From contig CAZMIU010000001.1 of assembly GCA_964566795.1 (NCBI GenBank), forward strand, positions 280,789 through 331,090: a DNA stretch of 50,302 nt, given 5' to 3'. Shown one piece after another: positions 35,337 through 44,523 of the stretch (the stretch's first letter is position 1; the number at the start of each line of letters is the position of its first letter). The notes beneath the pieces are model-generated. The model did not search any database and was not told the DNA's origin. It saw only the letters and a program-made list of their open reading frames with translations. The position numbers and the translations under genes are program-made. This DNA comes from an uncultured Candidatus Saccharibacteria bacterium. Its GTDB lineage: Bacteria > Patescibacteriota > Minisyncoccia > Phycocordibacterales > SBAW01.

Positions 35337-37079
35337 ATGGCTAAATTCCGCATACCACGCTCGCTTGGCTTGCCGTTTACGCGTGCAGCCGACGATACGT
35401 ACCAGTCCTTTACCGCATCGGGCCGCGCGCTCTTCCTCTTTTTTGCGGGGATGTGCGTCGTGTCCACGGTCGGCCTTTTATATATCCTCAACGAGTCTGT
35501 GCTGGTGCCCTCGCCTGCGCGCGGCGGCTCCTTAACCGAGGGTATTTTGGGCAGCCCGCGCTTTATCAACCCGATCCTCGCCGCAAGCGACGCCGACCGC
35601 GACGTTACCGCACTCACCTACTCGGGCCTCCTGCGCGCAACACCACAGGGCGGTTACGAGCCCAACCTGGCACAGAGCTACGAGGTCTCGCAAGACGGCG
35701 TGTCGTACACCTTTGTACTGCGCGAGGATGCAAGCTTTCATGACGGCAAGCCGGTTACCGCAGACGACGTTGTCTTTACGATAGAAAAGATACAGGACCC
35801 GGGGCTCAAGTCGCCTCTGCGCGCCAACTGGGACGGCGTCGTGGTCGAGGCGCTCGATAGCCGCACCGTGCGCTTTACGCTCAAGGCCGCCTATGCGCCG
35901 TTTATAAAAAACCTCTCGCTCGGCATCGTGCCCAAGCACCTGTGGGCCGGCGTCTCAGACGAGGAATTCCCTTTCAGCGAGCTAAATGCAAATCCGGTGG
36001 GCTCGGGCCCGTACAAGGTAGACGCAATAGAGCGCACGGCCTCTGGCATACCCTCAATCTATGAGCTAAAGCCCTTTGGCCGCTATATTGGAGGTGCTCC
36101 CTATCTTTCTCTTACCCTGCGCTTTTATCAGAGCGAGGATGCACTGGTGGTGGCGCTTAAAGACGGCGAGGTAGACGCCGCAAGCGGCATCTCGCCCGAG
36201 AAGCTGGTAGGCCTCGAGGGCCCGACTATTGCAACAACACCGCTTAACCGCGTGTTTGGGGTCTTCTTTAACCAGAACCAGTCCGAGCTCCTGCGCAGCC
36301 GCGCCGTGCGCCGCGCGCTCAACGCCAGCGTGGACCGCTCCGACCTCATACAAAAGGTGCTGGGCGGGTATGGCACGCCGCTTATGGGCCCGGTGCCGCC
36401 GTCTGTCCTGCCCTCTGGCACCTCGACTCTGCCCGCCGGCATAGAGACAGCACGCGAGATACTGGTAAACGACGGATGGACCCAAAACGAGCAGGGTATC
36501 CTCAGCAAAACTACCGGCAAAGGAGCCTCTGCCACAACACAGACGCTCAGCTTTGACCTCTCGACCGCCAACGTACCCGAGCTGCGCGCCGCAGCACAGT
36601 ATCTTAAGGACACGTGGGGCCAGTTGGGGGTCGCGGTCAACGTTAAGGTGTTTGAGGCGGGCGACCTGTCCCAAAACGTTATCCGCCCGCGCCGCTTTGA
36701 TGCGCTTTTGTTTGGCGAGGTCATAGGCCGCGAGCTCGACCTCTTTGCCTTTTGGCATAGCAGCCAGCGCAATGACCCGGGTCTCAACATTGCCGGCTAC
36801 GCCAACGCCACAGCAGACGACGTCCTGCAAGATTTGCGCCAGACTGCAGATACGGCAAAGCGCCAGGAGCTATACCGGGAGTTTAGCGACGAACTTGCAG
36901 CCGATGTCCCTGCGGTATTTCTCTACACGCCCGATTTCGTGTATAGTATCCCTAACGACATACAGGGGCTTGATCTTGGTCTAGTCGAGAGCCCCAGCGA
37001 CAGGTTTTTGAGTGTCGCACAGTGGCATCGCGAGATTGATTACGTTTGGCCCATCTTTGCGCGGGGCAAAGATATATAA
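35337..37079 (+). CDS. ABC transporter substrate-binding protein, peptide/nickel family 5
   Basis: PRFINPI, YTFVLRE...FHDGKPVTADDVVFT, PVGSGPY; start re-called at MAKFR. Confidence 0.9.
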   Translation: MAKFRIPRSLGLPFTRAADDTYQSFTASGRALFLFFAGMCVVSTVGLLYILNESVLVPSPARGGSLTEGILGSPRFINPILAASDADRDVTALTYSGLLRATPQGGYEPNLAQSYEVSQDGVSYTFVLREDASFHDGKPVTADDVVFTIEKIQDPGLKSPLRANWDGVVVEALDSRTVRFTLKAAYAPFIKNLSLGIVPKHLWAGVSDEEFPFSELNANPVGSGPYKVDAIERTASGIPSIYELKPFGRYIGGAPYLSLTLRFYQSEDALVVALKDGEVDAASGISPEKLVGLEGPTIATTPLNRVFGVFFNQNQSELLRSRAVRRALNASVDRSDLIQKVLGGYGTPLMGPVPPSVLPSGTSTLPAGIETAREILVNDGWTQNEQGILSKTTGKGASATTQTLSFDLSTANVPELRAAAQYLKDTWGQLGVAVNVKVFEAGDLSQNVIRPRRFDALLFGEVIGRELDLFAFWHSSQRNDPGLNIAGYANATADDVLQDLRQTADTAKRQELYREFSDELAADVPAVFLYTPDFVYSIPNDIQGLDLGLVESPSDRFLSVAQWHREIDYVWPIFARGKDI

Positions 37080-37152
37080 AAAAATCTGCCAGAAGCAAAA
37101 AGCCAGACCAAGGCCCAAAAAATTTAAACATTAACAAGTTAGAAGAATTAGT

Positions 37153-39024
37153 ATGCCAGAAGAGAAAAAGCAACAGTCAGGCGCAGGCGGCCATCGCTCG
37201 CGCGGAGGCCGCACACGAGGGTTTGGTGGCCGCACAGGCCGCTCGCGCGGCCGTTTGCGCCAGGGCGGCCCCAAGCCGCACCAGGCACACCCGGTGCGCC
37301 CGGACATAGACACAAAAGTTAATCCGGATGAAAAGCCGGTCCCGCCGCTTGCCCCGGGCAACATCCGCATTATCCCGCTTGGAGGCGTAGAGGAAATAGG
37401 CCGCAACATGACCATGGTCGAGTTTGGCGACGACATTATCGCCATCGACTGCGGCTTCCAGTTTAGAGAGCAGGACACCCCGGGTGTGGACTACATTTTG
37501 CCCAACACCAAGTACATGGAGGAGCGCCGCGATCGCGTGCGCGGGCTCTTTATCACGCACGGCCACCTCGACCATATTGGCGGCATCCCCTACGTTATAG
37601 ACCGCATCGGCTACCCGCCCGTCTACACGCGCGCACTTACTGCCGTTATGATCCGCAAACGCCAGGAAGAGTTCCCCAACCTCAAGCCTTTGGACATCAA
37701 GGAGGTAGAGAAGGCCGACACCGTAACCGTGGGCAAGCTCAAGGTCCGGTTCTTTAGCGTGACCCACACCATCCCCGACGCCATGGGCGTCATTGTCGAG
37801 ACCCCGTACGGCGACCTTGTGTTTACAGGCGACCTCAAGGTCGACCACAACGACGGTGTCCCCACCCCCGAGGAGGAAAAGGAGTTTGCCTACTTTAAGG
37901 ACCGTAAAGTGCTCTTTTTGGCAGCCGACAGCACAAACTGCGAGCGCGCCGGCTTCTCTATCCCCGAGCGCGTGGTTACCAAAACGATGGACGACATTAT
38001 CGCAACCACGCCGGGCCGCCTTATTATTGGCACCTTCTCATCCCAGCTCGAGCGCCTTATGCGCATCATCGAGCAGGCCGAGCGCGTGGGCCGCAAGATA
38101 TTGGTTGAGGGCCGCTCGATGAAGGTCAACATCGAGATAGTAAAGCATCTGGGCCTCCTCAAGGTCTCCGACAAGACCTTTATCGACTCCGCCCAGCTTG
38201 AAAACTTCCCCGACCCTAAAGTCTTGGTACTTGCTACAGGCGCACAGGGCGACGAGTTTGCCGCGCTCATGCGCATCGCGATGAAGACGCACAAGTACGT
38301 CAAGATGAAAAAGGGCGACACGGTCGTGCTTTCCTCATCGGTCGTGCCGGGCAACGAGAGAAGCGTGCAGAAGCTCAAGGACAACCTCTCGCGCCAGGGC
38401 GCGCGCATCATCCACCGCGAGCAGATGGATGTGCATGCCTCCGGCCACGCCAACCGCGACGAGACCTTCTGGATCCACCAAAAGATCAATCCGCGCTTCT
38501 TTATGCCCATGCACGGCTACCACTACATGCTGCGCGTACACGCAGATATCGCCAAGGCCTGCGGCCGCCAGGAGGACGAGATTATTGTCCCGGACAACGG
38601 CGCCATACTCGAGATCAGAGACGAGGGGCAGAAAATTGTCCGTCTCAAGGAGTCGGCTCCCAATAGCCTAAGGCTCGTAGACGGCTTTGCTATCGGCGAC
38701 ATCCAGGAGGTTGTGATACGCGACCGCACCGTGCTCGCTCAAGAGGGCATGTTTGTCATCATCGCCACGGTGAACCCCAAGACTGGCAAGTTGCGCAAAT
38801 CGCCCGACATCATCTCGCGCGGCTTTGTCTACCTCAGAGAGTCTCAGGATCTCCTGAACCAGGCACGCATCCTGGTCAAGAAATCCATCGAGGACGCGGC
38901 CAAGGGTCAGCAGCCGGTCAACTTTGACTTTGTCAAAAACCAGGTCACCGACAACCTCGCCCGCTTCCTGTTTGAGAAGACCAACAAGCGCCCGATAGTG
39001 ATCCCGGTAGTCCTAGGCGTCTAG
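37153..39024 (+). CDS. rnj: Ribonuclease J with an RG-rich N-terminal extension
   Basis: PLGGVEEIGRNM, THGHLDHIG, HASGH, PMHG. Confidence 0.95.
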   Translation: MPEEKKQQSGAGGHRSRGGRTRGFGGRTGRSRGRLRQGGPKPHQAHPVRPDIDTKVNPDEKPVPPLAPGNIRIIPLGGVEEIGRNMTMVEFGDDIIAIDCGFQFREQDTPGVDYILPNTKYMEERRDRVRGLFITHGHLDHIGGIPYVIDRIGYPPVYTRALTAVMIRKRQEEFPNLKPLDIKEVEKADTVTVGKLKVRFFSVTHTIPDAMGVIVETPYGDLVFTGDLKVDHNDGVPTPEEEKEFAYFKDRKVLFLAADSTNCERAGFSIPERVVTKTMDDIIATTPGRLIIGTFSSQLERLMRIIEQAERVGRKILVEGRSMKVNIEIVKHLGLLKVSDKTFIDSAQLENFPDPKVLVLATGAQGDEFAALMRIAMKTHKYVKMKKGDTVVLSSSVVPGNERSVQKLKDNLSRQGARIIHREQMDVHASGHANRDETFWIHQKINPRFFMPMHGYHYMLRVHADIAKACGRQEDEIIVPDNGAILEIRDEGQKIVRLKESAPNSLRLVDGFAIGDIQEVVIRDRTVLAQEGMFVIIATVNPKTGKLRKSPDIISRGFVYLRESQDLLNQARILVKKSIEDAAKGQQPVNFDFVKNQVTDNLARFLFEKTNKRPIVIPVVLGV

Positions 39025-39813
39025 CGTCCTGCGTATTTCTCTCTCGCTTGCTCCGCGCTCCAAAAGGGCGCGGAGTTTGTTTGCGCGCTTTTGGCGGGTG
39101 CTGCCCTCAAACTTACTTTGTTTGGCGTAGTGCTTGCTTTTTTGGTTAAGCCGCACACCCTGGCGCTTGAGGTGCGAGCCGTAGTCCATAAGCGCCGCAT
39201 AAAAGTCCCTGGGCTGCATCTTAGACTTCTTTAGAGCCTGCTCAACAAGGGGCAAAAGCTCCCTGTCGCTTATACTAGTGTTTTGCAAAACACCAGAATA
39301 GATATGATGAAAGAAAACGGTGCGGATGTTTGTTTCTATAAACACCGTAGGCTCGTTAAAGGCAAATGCCTGGACTGCCGCAACAGTATATGGCCCAACA
39401 CCAGGGAGCTTTGCCCGCGAAGCGGAAACTTTCTGGAAAAATAGTCTGGCCCGCAAGCGCTCCGAGCGCGAGACGGGAGACCCGAGGACTTTTTTCTGGG
39501 AAGTTTCCGTGGAGAGTATCTTTCCTGTCTCCCACAGGTACTTGCCGCGGCGGTTGTAGCCCAGACCCTGCCAGGCTTTTAGCACGCGCGAGAGCGGTGC
39601 CATCGCAAGCACCCTAGGGGTCGGAAATAGTTTAAGCCAGCGCTCGTAGTACGGAATTACCCTCTCTACTTGGGTCTGCTGCAGCATCACCTCGCTCACC
39701 AAAATGCGGTACGGGTCGCGCGTGTGGCGCCAGGGCAAATGCCTGCGGGCGCTTGTCTTGTAGTGCTTTTTGAGCGCCGCTACAAGCTCCAAAATAGCCT
39801 TGTCGTGGCTCAT
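39013..39813 (-). CDS. mutY: MutY-like A/G-specific adenine glycosylase without the 4Fe-4S Cys motif, carrying an in-frame palindromic insertion
   Basis: LPWR, VSEVMLQQT, WQGLGYNRR, LPGVGPYT, ALMDYGS with no following Cys cluster. Confidence 0.85.
   Translation of the reverse strand: MSHDKAILELVAALKKHYKTSARRHLPWRHTRDPYRILVSEVMLQQTQVERVIPYYERWLKLFPTPRVLAMAPLSRVLKAWQGLGYNRRGKYLWETGKILSTETSQKKVLGSPVSRSERLRARLFFQKVSASRAKLPGVGPYTVAAVQAFAFNEPTVFIETNIRTVFFHHIYSGVLQNTSISDRELLPLVEQALKKSKMQPRDFYAALMDYGSHLKRQGVRLNQKSKHYAKQSKFEGSTRQKRANKLRALLERGASEREIRRTLDA
39422..39510 (+). repeat. Palindromic element family 1, copy C (in-frame and antisense in mutY)
   Basis: Arms GCGGAAACTTTCTGGAAAAATAGTCT and GGACTTTTTTCTGGGAAGTTTCCGT; core at 39443-39451 and 39476-39490. 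Confidence 0.9.
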
Positions 39814-39898
39814 ATATCAGTCGTGTGCACAGCGCTATGGTACAGCACAGTCCCGCTTGCTACCATTACATTGGGCGATTAATGGGTAATTTAATACT

Positions 39899-40270
39899 AT
39901 GGCAAAATCAGCAGCATATATCTTTGGTGCGATACTCGCAGTTGTGGGTGTGTGGGGCTTTATCCAGGAGCCTGTGCTTGGCATCTTCTCGGTTAACACG
40001 CTCCACAACGTAGTGCATCTCGTGTCGGGTCTCCTGCTTGTGGCGGTGGCTATGTGGTCTCCCATGAGGTCTGGCATGACACTTATGGGCCTGGGCATTG
40101 TATATCTTGTGGTCGTCGTGCTCCAGGTTGTGGCACCGGACCTTACCATGTCGCTCCTCAACACCGACGCCAACGACATGTGGCTCCACACCGCACTCGC
40201 AATCGTCTTTATTGCGGTGGGCTACATGGGCCGCGGCTCCTCTGCCTCATCGATGCAGGCGCCAATGTAG
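39899..40270 (+). CDS. DUF4383-like membrane protein
   Basis: LGIFSVNTLHNVVHLVSG...ANDMWLH; four TM helices. Confidence 0.8.
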   Translation: MAKSAAYIFGAILAVVGVWGFIQEPVLGIFSVNTLHNVVHLVSGLLLVAVAMWSPMRSGMTLMGLGIVYLVVVVLQVVAPDLTMSLLNTDANDMWLHTALAIVFIAVGYMGRGSSASSMQAPM

Positions 40271-40283
40271 TGTCAGTGCACCA

Positions 40284-40317
40284 AACAAAAAATCCCCCGG
40301 GTGGGGGATTTTTTGTT
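40284..40317. terminator. Bidirectional terminator
   Basis: AACAAAAAATCCCCC-GGGT-GGGGGATTTTTTGTT. Confidence 0.85.
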
Positions 40318-40329
40318 GTCTGATCAGAC

Positions 40330-40581
40330 CTACGCCTTGGGGCGTGCGTCAGAGACCGTGAGCATGCGGCCGCCAAAGTCCTTGCCATTCCACATGTCAA
40401 TTGCCTTGTCAGCGTCTGCGTCGTTGGCCATCTCCACAAAGCCGAAGCCACGGGAGCGACCGGTCTCGCGATCAGTCACGATGGATGCCGATGCAACCTC
40501 GCCCGCCTGGGCAAATGCATCGCGCAGCTCATCACCTGTCGTGCGGTACGGGAGACCACCGACAAAGAGTTTGCGTGCCAT
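40330..40581 (-). CDS. RRM (RNP-1) RNA-binding protein
   Basis: KLFVGGL (RNP2) and RGFGFVEM (RNP1). Confidence 0.96.
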   Translation of the reverse strand: MARKLFVGGLPYRTTGDELRDAFAQAGEVASASIVTDRETGRSRGFGFVEMANDADADKAIDMWNGKDFGGRMLTVSDARPKA

Positions 40582-40734
40582 GATTCTACGAAAACAACTT
40601 GGTTAAAAATTCTTCGTAAGGCGACCCTCCTGACGCCAACCAGGCACATAGAGACTTACTACTGAACGCCCCTACTCTAGCATCAAGGCGTTGCAACAGC
40701 AAGTCGGGATCCCGACGGGGGCGTCGGGGCTAGT

Positions 40735-41439
40735 TTAGAATACCGGGCGTGCAATGACCACCAAACGCTTGTCAAACTGGCGCTCATCCTGGACCCACTC
40801 GCCCTCGCAGGTAATAAGCACGAGCCGAGACGGGCCCGAGGTGGCAAAAATCTTGCCCAGCGGCGCCTCGTCTGGGGCATACAGGGCAATCTCCACAACC
40901 TCATACACCAGGGTATGCCCCTCGGTGTCAGACACGGTCACATAGGCGCCCTTCTTAATCTGGCTTAGGTGCTCAAACACGCCTGCTTTGGTGAGCGCGT
41001 TGTTTACATGACCGTCAAACACGGCGTTGCCCGGTGCCCCAGGCTTGCTGCCCTGGCCCCACCAGCCCACGTTCATAAAATCCTTGGGCGTGCCCATGGT
41101 GCCATCGGCCTTGCGGCCCACCTCCTCTACAGGCGCATCAATGCCAAGTGTGGGTACCTTTAGGCGCGCCGGGACAAAGCTTGTGGTTGTTGCGCCAGAC
41201 GCACCGGCAGCAGGCACGGGCACGGGCTTGATAGCGGCGGCCGGCGCAAACGCGTCAAACAGGGCACCCTCTCCCAGGGTTGCGCGCGCCGCGCGCGATA
41301 CTACATCAGCAAGCCCCACCAGTACGACAAACAGGCCTATTGCAATAGCGACGCGTCTTAGCCAGACAGCCCACGCAGGGTCTGCCTCGACAAGCACGAT
41401 GCGGCTAGCGGACGGCAACAGTAAAGGCTTTTCTTGCAT
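40735..41439 (-). CDS. Class F sortase
   Basis: TM anchor, PARLKVPTLGIDA, GNAVFDGHV (His), LVLITCEG (Cys), KRLVV (Arg). Confidence 0.9.
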   Translation of the reverse strand: MQEKPLLLPSASRIVLVEADPAWAVWLRRVAIAIGLFVVLVGLADVVSRAARATLGEGALFDAFAPAAAIKPVPVPAAGASGATTTSFVPARLKVPTLGIDAPVEEVGRKADGTMGTPKDFMNVGWWGQGSKPGAPGNAVFDGHVNNALTKAGVFEHLSQIKKGAYVTVSDTEGHTLVYEVVEIALYAPDEAPLGKIFATSGPSRLVLITCEGEWVQDERQFDKRLVVIARPVF

Positions 41440-41974
41440 GGGGATAAAGCGCGATAGAGCTACCCATCAAAAGTACCACCGTAAAGGCGAGCGCAGCAAA
41501 GGTCTGAGGCTCAAGACCTGCGTTGGGGAGCGCTGGATATGCTACAGAGGAGAGAGTGACGTTGGGGCCAAAGCCGGTGCCCCCCACAAAGCCATCGCCA
41601 TAAAAACCGTCGCCGTACTGACCAACCTGCGGGCCCACATACGGCTCACCGAGCCCTGGCTGGGGCACCACATCAACAAAGCAGGATGCGCGCTTGCTGC
41701 CCCACACCACAGTTACTTGCTGTGTGCCCAGGCGCGTAAACGGGGTCACAAACTCGCGGCCGGCGTTGTACACGCCATAGTCCTCAGACTCTGCCACCCA
41801 CATAAAGGGGCCCGCGGTGTTAGAAACAACCATAAAGCGACCCGCATTGCCCAAGGACACTACCGGGTAGGCAGCCACACAGCCCAGGACCGGCGCCTCA
41901 TAGCTGCGGGCAACAGAGAGGGCTGGTATAGCAATGAGGGCAGCAGCAAACACGAGTCCGAGGGTCTTTTTCAT
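41405..41974 (-). CDS. Putative sortase substrate (signal peptide plus LPNAG sorting signal)
   Basis: N-terminal signal peptide; C-terminal LPNAG, hydrophobic helix and HARK basic tail. Confidence 0.72.
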   Translation of the reverse strand: MKKTLGLVFAAALIAIPALSVARSYEAPVLGCVAAYPVVSLGNAGRFMVVSNTAGPFMWVAESEDYGVYNAGREFVTPFTRLGTQQVTVVWGSKRASCFVDVVPQPGLGEPYVGPQVGQYGDGFYGDGFVGGTGFGPNVTLSSVAYPALPNAGLEPQTFAALAFTVVLLMGSSIALYPHARKAFTVAVR

Positions 41975-42027
41975 AGCGGGCCAATCCTACCACCATTTTG
42001 GCGGATTTCAAGCCCTTTCCCTGGCTT

Positions 42028-42780
42028 TTACTCGTGCCCAAGAAATGCGGCAAGTATAAACATGAGCAACGCGCCCATGGCAAACCAGGCCACGTGCGCC
42101 GCATAGTGCGAGGAGCTTTTGGCGTCGCGCACCGAGTGCGGTATCAGGTCGCTTAGCACCACGACCAAAAACGCTCCCGCAGATATCCCAAGCAGTACAG
42201 GCTCGAGCGACTCAAACACATCCAAAAAGTAATACCCGCCCAGGGCGCCAACCAGCACCGTGCACGAGACGGCAAAACTCCACATAAGCGCACGGCCTGC
42301 TGTGTAGCCCGATGCACGCAGGACAAAAAACTCCGATGTCTCCTGCACGAGCTCGTGCACAAACACGCTGGCAGTGGCGGCAAAGCCGAGCGCGGGTGAG
42401 ACCGCAAACGAGGCCGCAAGCAAAATGCCGTCGCCCACGTTGTGGAATGCGTCGCTCACAAGCACGCGGCGCGGGTCTATGGGGTGGCTGTGCGTGTGGC
42501 CCTGCTCGGGGTGGTCGTGTAGGCCCGGCAAGAGTTTAAAGAGCGTCCATATGCCAAGCGCCCCCAAAAATATATACAGCACGCCCTGCGCCACCGAGGG
42601 TGCGTGCTCTATGGTCTCGGTCGAGAGCCCATAGGCAATAATAAGAAATACGCCGGCTGAAAAGCTCACCAGGTAGCCCATATTGCGCCCAAAAAACGCC
42701 CCCGCCCCGCTGGAGAGAAAGAATACTCCCGCCAAAGAGGCGAGCATAATGGCAAAACACGCCCCAAGTAACATCACCAT
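42028..42780 (-). CDS. ZIP family zinc/metal transporter
   Basis: SFSAGVFL, His-rich loop, DAFHNVGDG, HELVQE. Confidence 0.92.
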   Translation of the reverse strand: MVMLLGACFAIMLASLAGVFFLSSGAGAFFGRNMGYLVSFSAGVFLIIAYGLSTETIEHAPSVAQGVLYIFLGALGIWTLFKLLPGLHDHPEQGHTHSHPIDPRRVLVSDAFHNVGDGILLAASFAVSPALGFAATASVFVHELVQETSEFFVLRASGYTAGRALMWSFAVSCTVLVGALGGYYFLDVFESLEPVLLGISAGAFLVVVLSDLIPHSVRDAKSSSHYAAHVAWFAMGALLMFILAAFLGHE

Positions 42781-42798
42781 AGTGTAAGGATACTACAC

Positions 42799-44340
42799 CT
42801 AGTCGGCGGGCTCTATCAACCCCAGTTTAATTAAACGGGCGTGTATCGAGCCGCGCTGGCGGCCAAACTCTTTGACCAGTGCGGCTACGCCTGTGCCCTC
42901 CTCAAACATGGTTGTGAGTTTGTCGTCGTCGTCTTGTGTCCAAGGCCTGTAGGCGTTGGGGTGTTTTTGGCGCAGTTTGTCGAGCTTCGACATCTCAACC
43001 TCTGGCTTAGGTTTGTTTGGGTCGGGTTCGTGCCCGCCGGATGCTTTAGTAAACTGCTTGTGCATGTCCTCAATCTCCTCGGGCGGCAGTTTGCCAAATA
43101 TCTCCTCCGCGCTCATCGAGGCCGCGCGAAACGCCTGGTCTCGCGCCAAAATGTCCGGGTGCACAGCCAGAGCGCGCTCGTTAATGCCAAGCAGGTAGAG
43201 CCCGCTTAGGTTGCGCACACGGCTTAAAGCCACATAGCCCTGCCCATACTCAAACGCGTCCGATAAGTCCATCACCGCGGCATCAAGACTCATCCCCTGG
43301 CTCTTGTGCACCGTAATAGCCCACGCCAGGCGCAGCGGCACCTGCGTTATCTGTGCCAACACGCGGTTGCCGTCGGCCACCTGCCAGGTGTCTGGCTCGG
43401 CCTCTATAACCTTGCCGGCACGGGTTGCCACCTTGGGCCAACCGGCGTCGCTCCAGCCCACCACCGTGCCGAGTGTGCCGTTAACGTATCCGTGCTCAAA
43501 GTTGTTGCGCGTAAACATCACCGTCGCGCCCTCTTTTAAAGAAAGCGTCCCGGGCGATAAGCATCCGCGCTTAAGCGCTTCCACCAGAGTGGTAGAGCCC
43601 GATGAGCGCATGTGGTATACCTTGAGCGCGTTCTCTATGCGCGACAGCGCCTCCTCGTTTATACGGTCTACGTCCTCGTTGTGGGTATAAAGTCTGGTGG
43701 CGTCCTCGGGGAGCTCGCCCACTTCGTGCCGCGTCTTGAGCAGTTCGCGATGCTCATCCTCAAGCTCGCCTTGGCGCATCGCACCCAATAGCCCCAAGAA
43801 CATGCCGTCGTCCTGGCGGTGCTGCTCGTGTAAGTAGCACGTAAGCGGGTTGGCGTCCTCCCACGCGCCTGACTCAAAGGCAAATTTGGTTGGCCCCTCA
43901 CGCGACACCGGCGGTAATTGAAAGAAGTCGCCCACAAAGACAACCTGCAGCCCGCCAAAGGGCTTGTCGCTACCGCGCAGGGTGGTAAGTGCGCGGTCTA
44001 CCAGTGTTAAGAGGTTGGCATCGAGCATAGACACCTCGTCAATGATAAGCACCTGGGCCGCGCGCACACGCCGCACCAGAGGCTCGCGCTCCATAAGCGC
44101 CTCAAGCTCCCAGTCGCTGAGTGACTTTTTAATCCCCACACCGCTCCAGGCGTGTATGGTCATACCGCCCACGTGTGTGGCGGCAATACCTGTAGAGGCG
44201 GTAATAGCGGGCTCTATGCCGCGTTCGCGCAGCCACGCCACATAGCGGTTAATAACGTAGGTCTTGCCTGCGCCCGGCTCGCCTGTAAGGAATACGTTGG
44301 CTCCGGTCTTGAGTATTGTCAGTGCCTGCTCCTGTGTCAT
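42799..44340 (-). CDS. Pif1-family 5'-3' helicase with a small C-terminal helical domain
   Basis: GEPGAGKT, DEVSM, GDFFQLPPV, ITVHKSQGMS, YVALSRV; C-terminal AYRPWTQDDDDKL...I..RL.KLG. Confidence 0.92.
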   Translation of the reverse strand: MTQEQALTILKTGANVFLTGEPGAGKTYVINRYVAWLRERGIEPAITASTGIAATHVGGMTIHAWSGVGIKKSLSDWELEALMEREPLVRRVRAAQVLIIDEVSMLDANLLTLVDRALTTLRGSDKPFGGLQVVFVGDFFQLPPVSREGPTKFAFESGAWEDANPLTCYLHEQHRQDDGMFLGLLGAMRQGELEDEHRELLKTRHEVGELPEDATRLYTHNEDVDRINEEALSRIENALKVYHMRSSGSTTLVEALKRGCLSPGTLSLKEGATVMFTRNNFEHGYVNGTLGTVVGWSDAGWPKVATRAGKVIEAEPDTWQVADGNRVLAQITQVPLRLAWAITVHKSQGMSLDAAVMDLSDAFEYGQGYVALSRVRNLSGLYLLGINERALAVHPDILARDQAFRAASMSAEEIFGKLPPEEIEDMHKQFTKASGGHEPDPNKPKPEVEMSKLDKLRQKHPNAYRPWTQDDDDKLTTMFEEGTGVAALVKEFGRQRGSIHARLIKLGLIEPAD

Positions 44341-44346
44341 ATATCC

Positions 44347-44447
44347 GCAAAATCAGAGTTTGTAAGAGTACGGATAATTTTTTGCTAAAAATTTCCTCAA
44401 GTCTCGTGTCGTCACACTTGCGAAGCCTCTTACAAACTCTATTTTGC
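44347..44447. repeat. Palindromic element family 3 (intergenic, immediately upstream of pif1)
   Basis: Arms GCAAAATCAGAGTTTGTAAGAG (44347-44368) and CTCTTACAAACTCTATTTTGC (44427-44447) enclose two inner hairpins and GCGAAGC. Confidence 0.8.
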
Positions 44448-44523
44448 TCCCTATGCCGAGTTTTACAAAGTAAAACTCGGCCAGAGCGGAGGGAAATAAA
44501 TATAAAATTTGATTTCCCGGAGT

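Noticed and set aside
40024-40036. GTCGGGTCTCCTG, resembling the reverse complement of the family 1 core
   Set aside because: Only a partial match, with no AGTCTGGCC partner, no inverted arms and no extra residues in the DUF4383 protein.
41027-42106. 359-aa plus-strand ORF
   Set aside because: Antisense to the sortase and its substrate; no motifs.
42799-44340. Pif1 helicase as a Helitron-like mobiliser of the palindromes
   Set aside because: No HUH/Rep nuclease domain; it looks like an ordinary cellular Pif1, and adjacency to one element is insufficient evidence.
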